Shown here: positions 55,900-64,000 of the stretch, one piece after another | Position numbering within the stretch: position 1 is the stretch's first letter | Layout of the letters: the number at the start of each line of letters is the position of its first letter | Origin: an uncultured Bacteroidales bacterium | GTDB taxonomy: Bacteria; Bacteroidota; Bacteroidia; Bacteroidales; P3 | Assembly (NCBI GenBank): GCA_900314725.1 | Contig: OMWJ01000010.1 | Location: forward strand, 63,156 to 127,155 | Direction: 5' to 3' | DNA: 64,000 bases | Translations under genes and position numbers: made by a program | Notes under the pieces: model-generated | What the model was told of the DNA's origin: nothing | Databases searched by the model: none | What the model saw: the letters and a program-made list of their open reading frames with translations, nothing else

Positions 55900-58068
55900 T
55901 TATTTATTTACAAATTGAACAAAGTTGTTCTTTACCTTTGCGTCTCTGTAAAGAATAGCGATAGGGTTCAATTGTTGCATTCTTTGTTGCATACGTTGGT
56001 TGTATGTTTGGCAAATCATATTGAAGTCTTCCTTAACAGCACGTTTAGAAATCTTATCGACTTGAACTGCATAAACACCATTGAAACCTTTGACAGCAGT
56101 TTTCAATAAACCTGTGTTCTTTACTACAGAAAGTTTTCCTACAAGTCTCATTTCAGCACCTGCCTTACCAAAGTAAGGAGAAGAAAAATCAACACCAGTA
56201 ACAGTATCAACAGCAACCTTAGCATTTGTTGCAAAAGCATCTATTGTGTTAGTTGTCTTAAGAATATCGTTGGCTTTCTTCATAAGCATTTGTGCTTTCT
56301 TTTCCATTTTTACTATACGCACAAATTGAGGATTTTCTTTTAGTTGAGCAAGTGTCATAAATCCTTTTTCTTGTATGTCTTTCAGACCAATAACGATAAA
56401 CATTGTGTTGTATTGATTAGCATCTTGTAGTTCATAGACTGTATTTGCAACATCGCCTTTCTCAACATCACCGAAAGCCCAGCAGATAGCCTCTCTTGCG
56501 TATGGAGTACCATCTAATTGGTAAGACATAGCGTTGATAGTTGAAGTAAGAACATTAGTATTTTGTTTGCTTGCCAAAGCTTTCATTGCTTCAAGGTTCT
56601 TTGACTTTGCCAAGAAGTCATCAGCTTTGTTTTTGAAGTTATTTATTGTTGTCTCGCTTGGACGAATGCCAATAACAACAGATGCTATTTGAATCTTTGG
56701 CTTAGCAACGGTTTTGTCAGTTACCCTTATAATATATTCTCCTACACTATCTGGACGAGTAAAACGGAATACTCCACCAACAGGACAATTAATCATTGGC
56801 TCGTACATGCTTTCCATTATAGTTCCGTCTGTAACCCAACCCATGTCGCCAAGTTTGTTTTTTGTGTTAGGATCATCTGAGAATTTGCTAACATTCTCTA
56901 CAAAAGAAGCAGAGTCTTTTATTACTCCCATAAGAGAATCTATAAGAAGTTTTTGTTGCTCTGGAGTGCGTTTTATCTCACTTGCACCTGTCTTATTGTT
57001 ATATACTGCTATAAGAGAGAATTTAATTGAATCTGGTCGAGATTGTTCAGAAAGTATTTTACCCATTATCCAATTGTTCCCAGAGATTCTTGGTTCAATC
57101 ATGCTTCCAGCACCCTTGCCTTTTAATATTGTATCAGGGAATAAGGCAACAATGTTTTGAGCAGAACGTTCATAGTAGTTGCTGTCATAATTGTTGTCAA
57201 AAGAAGTAGAGATAAATCCATCCATATCTGCTTTCTCAGTCTGTGAAAGCTCGGCAAAGACTCTCATTGCAGAATCTTCCAATGCTTTTATGTCAGCTTG
57301 AGAAGGTACTACTTCAAACTTAACGAATTCAACTTGACGCATTTCTTCACTTAAACGAAATTCGTTTTTATGTTCGTCATAATATTTTTGATAATCTTCG
57401 TCGGTAAGTTTTACTTTGTCGTCATCTATGGAAGAGAATGGAAGAACAGCATAGCGAACATCCGTTGTTTGGTCGTAGGTGTCGCTAATGTGCTTTGCCA
57501 TGGCCTTTGGCATATAGAAACTGCCAGCAATAAGGGAAGCATACTTAGAATTTAGTCTTTCAGAATAAGCATTCTTTTGAATTTGATTCCACTGTGCTTG
57601 TTGTTCAGGCTGCATTTTATCATATTGTTGCATAACCTGACGAACATTTTGTGCATTGAATTGACCTGTAGTTGGGTCTGTGAATAGTTGTCTTACTTCA
57701 TTTGAAAGGAAAGTACCCAAAAACATATCATTCATTTCTTCTTCACCTACCACAATGCCTAACTTTTCGCATTCACGATTAAGAAGCTTTTCGCTAACTA
57801 ATTCATAATATGTTTGAGCTTTTACTTGGAATTGTTGTTCTGAAGTAAGTTTGCCATCTTGAGTACGAGCTTTGTAAGTGTTCTCATTTCTTTCTCTTGC
57901 TGATTCAAATTCAGAAAAACTTACTTCCATACCATCTACCTTAGCTATTTCAGTAGCTTGGCTTCTTCTTTTTCCAAAATCGTTGAAGATAAATGCTAAA
58001 GTTGCAAGGGCTACTATTATTGTTACACCCCAACCAAAATGTTTTCTTATTTTACCTATTACAGCCAT
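55900..58068 (-). CDS. Periplasmic chaperone / peptidyl-prolyl isomerase PpiD-like (SurA_N domain)
   Basis: 722 aa with an N-terminal anchor GWGVTIIVALATLAFIF. A long SurA-N-like chaperone region follows, with an architecture typical of PpiD. Confidence 0.8.
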   Translation of the reverse strand: MAVIGKIRKHFGWGVTIIVALATLAFIFNDFGKRRSQATEIAKVDGMEVSFSEFESARERNENTYKARTQDGKLTSEQQFQVKAQTYYELVSEKLLNRECEKLGIVVGEEEMNDMFLGTFLSNEVRQLFTDPTTGQFNAQNVRQVMQQYDKMQPEQQAQWNQIQKNAYSERLNSKYASLIAGSFYMPKAMAKHISDTYDQTTDVRYAVLPFSSIDDDKVKLTDEDYQKYYDEHKNEFRLSEEMRQVEFVKFEVVPSQADIKALEDSAMRVFAELSQTEKADMDGFISTSFDNNYDSNYYERSAQNIVALFPDTILKGKGAGSMIEPRISGNNWIMGKILSEQSRPDSIKFSLIAVYNNKTGASEIKRTPEQQKLLIDSLMGVIKDSASFVENVSKFSDDPNTKNKLGDMGWVTDGTIMESMYEPMINCPVGGVFRFTRPDSVGEYIIRVTDKTVAKPKIQIASVVIGIRPSETTINNFKNKADDFLAKSKNLEAMKALASKQNTNVLTSTINAMSYQLDGTPYAREAICWAFGDVEKGDVANTVYELQDANQYNTMFIVIGLKDIQEKGFMTLAQLKENPQFVRIVKMEKKAQMLMKKANDILKTTNTIDAFATNAKVAVDTVTGVDFSSPYFGKAGAEMRLVGKLSVVKNTGLLKTAVKGFNGVYAVQVDKISKRAVKEDFNMICQTYNQRMQQRMQQLNPIAILYRDAKVKNNFVQFVNK

Positions 58069-58115
58069 TTTCTTTTGCTTTTTTTCTTATTTTTTTCAGT
58101 GTTAAAATTGGTTTG

Positions 58116-58123
58116 CAAAATTA
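58116..58123 (-). promoter_or_regulatory. -7 box upstream of the ppiD-like gene
   Basis: The minus strand reads TAATTTTG. The ATG is at 58068. Confidence 0.45.
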
Positions 58124-58195
58124 TAAATAAATTTTGTAAATGGATAATTTTATTAAAAAAAAATAGAAAAAGAGCGTTTTTTTATTTTTAAATAC

Positions 58196-58203
58196 TATCT
58201 TTG
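58196..58203 (+). promoter_or_regulatory. -7 box upstream of the S41 peptidase operon
   Basis: TATCTTTG lies 29 nt before the ATG at 58233. Confidence 0.45.
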
Positions 58204-58232
58204 CAACGTTTTTTTTGATATATTATTATAAT

Positions 58233-59867
58233 ATGAAAAAAGTATTTGTAATATTATTTAGTTTTCTTGTTATATCTGTTACTGCTCAAGAAAACAAAAT
58301 AGATAGAAGTTTTGAACTCTCAAAAAATCTTGAGATATTTTCTTCAGTATATAAAACGCTTTACACAACGTATGTAGATGATATAAACGAAGGCGATCTT
58401 ATAAAAACAGCAATAGATGCTATGCTTGCAAAATTAGACCCTTACACTAATTATTATCCAGAGTCTGATTTGGAAGATGTGAAATTGCAACTCTTGGGAG
58501 AGTACGGAGGTATTGGTGCTTTGATTCATCAAAAAGGAGATAGTGTATATATATCTGAACCATACGAAGGTTTGCCAGCATACGAAGCCGGTTTGAAAGC
58601 AGGAGACCTTATCATAGAAGTAAATGGTCAGAGTGCTAAAGGAAAAAATTCAGACCAAGTAAGAGAGATTCTAAGAGGTCAAGCAGGTTCAACTATTACG
58701 GTTAAAGTAAAAAGAAACGAAGAAGAGAAGACTTTTAGTTTCAAAAGGAAAGAGATAACTCTTCCAAATGTTCCTTACAGTGGAATAATAGGAGAGGATT
58801 TAGGTTATATTAAGCTTAATGAATTTACTAAAAATGCTGCGAATAATGTTCTATCAGCATTTAATAATCTAAAAAAAGAAAATATAAAAGGACTTATTTT
58901 AGACCTTAGAGGTAATGGAGGTGGATTATTGAATGAAGCAGTAGATATAGTAAATATTTTTGTTGATAAAGGTCAAGTAGTAGTTAGTACAAAAGGAAAA
59001 ACACAGGAAAAGAGTCAAACATTTAGGACGACAAAGAAAGTTGTCGATAAAGATATTCCTGTGGTTGTTTTGGTTGATGGTTCTTCTGCATCTGCAAGTG
59101 AGATAGTAGCAGGAAGTTTGCAAGATATAGACCGTGCTGTTATAATGGGGCAAAGAAGTTTTGGTAAGGGTTTAGTACAAAATGTTCTTCCTCTTGTCTA
59201 TAATTCACAAATGAAAGTAACTGTATCTAAATACTATATTCCAAGTGGTAGATGTATTCAAGCAATAGATTATTCTCATAGAGATTCTTTAGGCAGAGCA
59301 AATAAAATTAATGATAGTTTGCGTACTGCTTTTAAAACAAGAAATGGCAGAGTTGTTTATGATGGTTATGGAATAGAGCCAGATATAGCAATTGAACCAG
59401 AGTATGGTAGTAGTATTCTCTTTTCTCTTGTAGGAAAAAGTCTGATATTTGATTATGCAACAGAGTTTGCAAGAAAGCACAAATCCATTCCAAGTGCTAA
59501 AGACTTTAAAATAACTGATGAAATATATGATGACTTTGTTTTATACTTAAAGAATAAGGATTATTCCTATACCACTCCTACGGAATATTCATTAAAGGAA
59601 CTTTTGGATGTAGCAAGGAAAGACAAGTGTGATGAAGATATACTTAATCAGCTTGATGCTATGAAACTAAAAATAGAGGATGATAAGAAGAATGATTTGT
59701 ATAAGTTTAAAGATGAAATAAGTGAAGTTCTATTAAGTGAGATTGTTGTTAGATACTACAATCAAAAGGGTAGAGTGGAAGCATATATAAATCATGATCC
59801 TGAAGTAAAACAAGCGGTAAACCTTCTTCACGATATAAAGAAATATAATGATATTTTGAAAAAATAA
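58233..59867 (+). CDS. S41 family C-terminal processing peptidase with PDZ domain
   Basis: PDZ motif GLKAGDLIIEVNG plus LDLRGNGGG and VLVDGSSASASEIVAG. The start is set at MKKVFVILFS (58233). Confidence 0.9.
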   Translation: MKKVFVILFSFLVISVTAQENKIDRSFELSKNLEIFSSVYKTLYTTYVDDINEGDLIKTAIDAMLAKLDPYTNYYPESDLEDVKLQLLGEYGGIGALIHQKGDSVYISEPYEGLPAYEAGLKAGDLIIEVNGQSAKGKNSDQVREILRGQAGSTITVKVKRNEEEKTFSFKRKEITLPNVPYSGIIGEDLGYIKLNEFTKNAANNVLSAFNNLKKENIKGLILDLRGNGGGLLNEAVDIVNIFVDKGQVVVSTKGKTQEKSQTFRTTKKVVDKDIPVVVLVDGSSASASEIVAGSLQDIDRAVIMGQRSFGKGLVQNVLPLVYNSQMKVTVSKYYIPSGRCIQAIDYSHRDSLGRANKINDSLRTAFKTRNGRVVYDGYGIEPDIAIEPEYGSSILFSLVGKSLIFDYATEFARKHKSIPSAKDFKITDEIYDDFVLYLKNKDYSYTTPTEYSLKELLDVARKDKCDEDILNQLDAMKLKIEDDKKNDLYKFKDEISEVLLSEIVVRYYNQKGRVEAYINHDPEVKQAVNLLHDIKKYNDILKK

Positions 59868-59898
59868 TAATAAGTTACAAAATAAAAGATTAAAGAAT

Positions 59899-60906
59899 AT
59901 GAATATAATAATACCTATGGCAGGTATGGGTAAAAGACTTAGACCCCATACACTTTCCACCCCAAAACCATTAGTTAAGGTTTGCAATAAAGAGATAGTA
60001 AAAATACTTTGCCAGGATATAGTTAAAACATGTGGAGGCAAAGTGGATAATATTGGTTTTGTGGTAGGACATTTTGGAGAAAAAGTAGAGCAAGATCTTA
60101 TTCAAGTAGCAAGAAGTTTAGGAGCAGAAGGAAGAATTTTTTATCAAGAAGAGCCTAAAGGAACAGCTGATGCAGTGTGGCAAGCTAAGGATTTATTGAA
60201 GGGGAATGTAGTGGTTGCCTTTGCGGATACACTTTTCAATGCAGATTTTACTATGGATTTAAATAAAGATGGTATTATTTGGACATCTGAAGTTGAAAAT
60301 CCATCTGCTTTTGGAGTTGTAAAGAAAGATGATACTACAGGAAAAATATTACAGTTTGTAGAAAAGCCAAAAGAGTTTGTTAGTAGAGAAGCAATTATAG
60401 GTATCTATTATTTTAAAAGCGGAGAAAGACTTTACAGTGAAATAAAGCGATTGATTGATAATAATATTGTAAAAGGAGGAGAATATCAACTTACCGACTG
60501 TCTTGAGAATATGTTGCAGACAGGATATAGTTTTACAACAGAAACAGTCAGCAAATGGATGGACTGTGGGAATAAAGATGCAGTAGTGGATACCAACAAA
60601 CAACTTCTTGAAATGCGAGAAGAAATGAGAGGGATGCACACTAATGTAACTGGAAATAATACTTGTGTTATACCACCATATTATATAGGGGAAAATGTAA
60701 GATTAGATAATTGTGTTATTGGTCCATACGTAACATTGGAAGATGGTGTTATGATAGAAAATTCAATCATTACAAATTCTATAATAGGTAAAGACTCAAG
60801 AATAGACAATGCTATATTGGATAATTCAATGATAGGAGAAGGTGCTGTTTATTCAGGTAAAGCAAAGGATATTTCCTTGGGTTCTTATAGTAATATAAAG
60901 GAATAA
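59899..60906 (+). CDS. Sugar-phosphate nucleotidyltransferase family protein with C-terminal left-handed beta-helix
   Basis: N-terminal motif IIPMAGMGKRLRPHTLSTPKPL, with hexapeptide-like repeats near the C-terminus. Confidence 0.8.
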   Translation: MNIIIPMAGMGKRLRPHTLSTPKPLVKVCNKEIVKILCQDIVKTCGGKVDNIGFVVGHFGEKVEQDLIQVARSLGAEGRIFYQEEPKGTADAVWQAKDLLKGNVVVAFADTLFNADFTMDLNKDGIIWTSEVENPSAFGVVKKDDTTGKILQFVEKPKEFVSREAIIGIYYFKSGERLYSEIKRLIDNNIVKGGEYQLTDCLENMLQTGYSFTTETVSKWMDCGNKDAVVDTNKQLLEMREEMRGMHTNVTGNNTCVIPPYYIGENVRLDNCVIGPYVTLEDGVMIENSIITNSIIGKDSRIDNAILDNSMIGEGAVYSGKAKDISLGSYSNIKE

Positions 60907-60907
60907 T

Positions 60908-62518
60908 ATGCTAAAGAAAATAATTGTAATATCATTATGTGTTTTTTTGTTTGCTTGTTGTACTACAAGCAAAAAGACTGCAATTTCTAAACCAGAAAAC
61001 TACAAAGAGAATGCTTTGATAATAGATGCTGTAACAGAGTTTAATAAAGGCAATATAAACAAATCAGAGTCTTTGTTTAAGAATGTTTTAGCAAACAATA
61101 AAAACTCAGCCACATCCATGTATTATTTGTCTTGTATCTATATGCAGAAGGAAGATTATTCTAAAGCTATTGACTATTCTAAACATGCAGTAGTAACAGA
61201 CGATGATAATATATGGTATAAATTACAATTATGTGAACTATATGCTGCTATACAAGATTATGATAAATGCGCAGAAGTATTGGAGAAGATAGTAAAACAG
61301 CAACCTGAAACATTAGAGTATTGGCAACAGTTGTCTTTGATTTATCATGTTAAGCAAGATACGAAGAAAGAACTCTCTGTTTTAGATAGAATGGAAGAAA
61401 AATTCGGAGTAAATGAAACTACTTCACTGCAAAAGTTTCAACTATATAGAGAATTGAATGATATAAAGAAAGCTGAGCAGGAAATGCTAAAATTGCATGA
61501 GAACTTTCCAACTCAAAGTCGTTATTTGTCTATTCTTGCAGAAATGAAGATGAAAGAAAAGGACTACGATAAAGCACTATACTATTACAATAAGGTAAGG
61601 GAAATTGATCCTGAGGAAGAAAATCTCAATGTTACTTTTGCTAATTACTATATGATAAAAGGTGATCAGGACTCTACTTTTTACTACTTGAATAATGCAA
61701 TGAAGCAAAAAAATATTGACACCCAAAGCAAGATTCGTATAGTTTATTCTGTATATGGCAAAGATGTAGATACAGATGATAAGACATTTGAGCGTTTTTT
61801 TGCTTGCTTACAAGCAGCAGAGACTGTAGATACTAATGACTGTAGTTTATATGCTTTGTTGAATACAGGTTATATGAAAAAAAGAGATTTCTTTAGAGCT
61901 GTTACTACAGGTGTCGCTTCAATAGAAAAAGGTTGCACAGACTATAATCTGTTTCAAAATACTTTGTTTGCTATGAGTAATTTTGACATGCCAGATAGAG
62001 TTATAGCAATAGCAGATAAAGCAATAGAAAACTATCCAGAACAACCTATACCTTATCTTTTTAAGGGAATAAATCAGGAAATAAAAGGTGAGTACAAAGA
62101 CGCTGTTGAAACTTTTAATTTAGGCATAAGTGTAGCTGGAAATGATGAGGTGGTGTTGGAAGACTTATACAGAAACCTTGGCGACTGCTACAATGAGTTA
62201 GGAGATAGAGAAAAGTGTTTTTACTTTTACGATGAGGTTTTAAAGATTAATGCTGATAATGTTCCCGTGTTGAATAATTATGCTTATTATCTTGCATTAG
62301 AGAAAAAAGATTTAAAACGAGCCCTGTCTATGATAGAAAAAGTTATGATGATACAGCCCGATAACGATACTTATATAGATACTTATGCATGGGTGCTTTT
62401 TAATTTGGGCGAGTATTCCAAGGCAAAACAAGCAATGGAAGCGATTTCTTCTCCACAAAATTCTTGGAGTGATACTCTAAAAGAACATTACAAACTTATT
62501 CTACAAAAAGCCGAATAA
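60908..62518 (+). CDS. Tetratricopeptide-repeat lipoprotein
   Basis: Lipobox LFACC and multiple TPR-like helical pairs. Its start lies 1 nt after the stop of the preceding gene. Confidence 0.7.
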   Translation: MLKKIIVISLCVFLFACCTTSKKTAISKPENYKENALIIDAVTEFNKGNINKSESLFKNVLANNKNSATSMYYLSCIYMQKEDYSKAIDYSKHAVVTDDDNIWYKLQLCELYAAIQDYDKCAEVLEKIVKQQPETLEYWQQLSLIYHVKQDTKKELSVLDRMEEKFGVNETTSLQKFQLYRELNDIKKAEQEMLKLHENFPTQSRYLSILAEMKMKEKDYDKALYYYNKVREIDPEEENLNVTFANYYMIKGDQDSTFYYLNNAMKQKNIDTQSKIRIVYSVYGKDVDTDDKTFERFFACLQAAETVDTNDCSLYALLNTGYMKKRDFFRAVTTGVASIEKGCTDYNLFQNTLFAMSNFDMPDRVIAIADKAIENYPEQPIPYLFKGINQEIKGEYKDAVETFNLGISVAGNDEVVLEDLYRNLGDCYNELGDREKCFYFYDEVLKINADNVPVLNNYAYYLALEKKDLKRALSMIEKVMMIQPDNDTYIDTYAWVLFNLGEYSKAKQAMEAISSPQNSWSDTLKEHYKLILQKAE

Positions 62519-62681
62519 TTTAAATCATCGTTTTATCGATTTATTTCAGCTAATTTAAAAGATTTTATTTCAGCTTGATGTAACCTTTTGAATTGTTTCT
62601 TCGTATTAGTAGGAAGTTCAAAAAAAAGTAGATAAAAAAATAAAATAAGGTTTTAATTATTGTTATTTAAAATAAATTTTG

Positions 62682-62689
62682 TAATTTTG
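62682..62689 (+). promoter_or_regulatory. -7 box upstream of gldL
   Basis: TAATTTTG lies 70 nt before the ATG at 62760. Confidence 0.4.
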
Positions 62690-62759
62690 TCGTTTGTAGA
62701 AAAGTAAATGAATTAATAAATAATAACAATAACAAAAAACTAAAAAATCTGATTTTATT

Positions 62760-63746
62760 ATGGGAATAGACACATTAGTAAGAAGTAAAGCGTATAAGCA
62801 ATTAACTGCAAAGCTTTATGGTGTAGGTGCATCAGTGGTTATTATTGGTGCCTTGTTCAAAATTAATCACTGGCCTTTTGCAACAGAACTACTTATTGTA
62901 GGTATGTTTACTGAGGCTATAATTTTCTTTTTTTCAGCTTTTGAACCATTACACGTTACATACGATTGGTCATTGGTTTATCCTGAATTAGCAGGAATGG
63001 AAGGTCTAACTCCACAGGAAGAGGATGAAAAGAAACGTCTTATTCATGAAAAACAAAGAACTAATCCTGAAGCTTTTGGAGATAAAAGAGATGGTGTTGC
63101 TGGTGAAGTAGGCTTAGTAGGTGGTATTCCTGGCATGACTGCTACTCAAAAGTTAGACAAAATGCTTGAAGATGCTAAGATAGGTCCTGAACTAATAGAA
63201 AGTTTAGGTAAAGGTTTGCAAAAACTTTCTGACACAGCAGAGGGTCTTACTTCTGTTGCTAACGCAGCAGAGACTTCAGAGAAATTTGTTAAAAATGTTT
63301 CTGATGCTTCTGATAGTGTTGTTGAGTTGTCTAATGCATACAAGAAGACTGCAGATTATCTTAACAAAGATTTGCTTGCTTCAGGTGAATATCTTGCTTC
63401 TGTTCAAGAGGCAACAAGTGCTGTTTCTACTCTGGCTAATATTTACAAAGAAACTGCAAACACATTATCAGTAGGAGATGCTTCTTACATAGATGGATTG
63501 AAGACAATGGCTTCAAGTCTATCTTCTATTAATGCTTTATATGAAATGCAAATTCAGAATTCTACTGCTCAACTTGAGGCAACTAAAAATGTTCAGGAAA
63601 GAATAGACAATCTTGTTGTTAATTTTGCAGATACAGCAGAAAATGTATTGAAGTATAAAGAACAAGTAAATGCTCTTTCAAAGAAAGTTGCTTCTTTGAA
63701 TGACATATATGGTAATATGCTTGCTGCAATGCAGGTTAAAGGTTAA
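62760..63746 (+). CDS. gldL: Gliding motility/T9SS protein GldL (PorL)
   Basis: Two N-terminal TM helices with LYGVGASVVIIGALFKINHW...GMFTEAIIFFFSAFEP, then DWSLVYPEL. The C-terminal end is LNDIYGNMLAAM. Confidence 0.85.
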   Translation: MGIDTLVRSKAYKQLTAKLYGVGASVVIIGALFKINHWPFATELLIVGMFTEAIIFFFSAFEPLHVTYDWSLVYPELAGMEGLTPQEEDEKKRLIHEKQRTNPEAFGDKRDGVAGEVGLVGGIPGMTATQKLDKMLEDAKIGPELIESLGKGLQKLSDTAEGLTSVANAAETSEKFVKNVSDASDSVVELSNAYKKTADYLNKDLLASGEYLASVQEATSAVSTLANIYKETANTLSVGDASYIDGLKTMASSLSSINALYEMQIQNSTAQLEATKNVQERIDNLVVNFADTAENVLKYKEQVNALSKKVASLNDIYGNMLAAMQVKG

Positions 63747-63789
63747 TTTATTGGTTATTAATTAAGAATATATTATAAAGATATAGATT

Positions 63790-64000
63790 ATGGCTGCTAC
63801 AAATTGTCCCGAAACCCCAAGGCAGAGAATGATTACCATGATGTATTTGGTCTACACTGCGATGTTAGCACTGAATGTGTCAGCGGAGATTTTGCAGTCA
63901 TTCATTACAGTAGGCGATAGTTTGGAAGTAACAAATAATTTGCTTCTTTCCAAAACCGAGAGCGCTTACCAAATGTTTGAGAATGCATACAACAACAACC
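63790..64000 (+). CDS. gldM: Gliding motility/T9SS protein GldM (PorM), N-terminal fragment cut by the window edge
   Basis: Hand translation from the ATG at 63790 gives MAATNCPETPRQRMITMMYLVYTAMLALNVSAEILQSF..., the typical GldM N-terminal TM segment. It lies directly after gldL. Confidence 0.75.
   Translation, partial: MAATNCPETPRQRMITMMYLVYTAMLALNVSAEILQSFITVGDSLEVTNNLLLSKTESAYQMFENAYNNN

Overview
AT-rich, densely coding chromosomal segment that looks like Bacteroidota. The phylum call rests on T9SS/gliding genes, TAnnTTTG promoter boxes and typical DUF families. I call about 52 CDS and 4 tRNAs. I saw no rRNA, CRISPR array, transposase or integrase.

Most genes are housekeeping: holA, ispF, mazG, valS, rfbC, pgk, cdsA, nadD, eno, ddl, manA, mutS, trmB, tsaB and queE. 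Type IX secretion/gliding genes sit at three separate places: porP/sprF-gldJ, porU-porV, and gldL-gldM at the right edge. There are also two outer-membrane receptors, ABC/POT/CPA transporters and S9, C69 and S41 peptidases. Most transcription units have a TAnnTTTG -7 box upstream and a hairpin plus T-run downstream.

Four things are not ordinary:
1. An orphan region downstream of tRNA-Phe (about 50.3-54.0 kb) holds three unrecognisable secreted proteins or lipoproteins. They are separated by a conserved ~165-bp non-coding element. The element has two hairpins with compensatory base changes and two CCTCCTTT boxes. Each full copy has a -7 box and a hairpin/T-run on the strand opposite the genes.
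2. A dispersed ~100-120-bp composite repeat, built from A-run/T-run mini-hairpin units, occurs in four intergenic regions (14.8, 30.0, 40.2 and 50.4 kb).
3. A DUF3127-like protein carries an SSB-like Q/N/P-rich linker and a ...DLPF acidic tip.
4. A 55-aa Thr/Pro-rich lipoprotein gene with its own promoter and terminator is missing from the ORF track.

All calls come from reading the sequence and ORF translations by eye. No database search was run.
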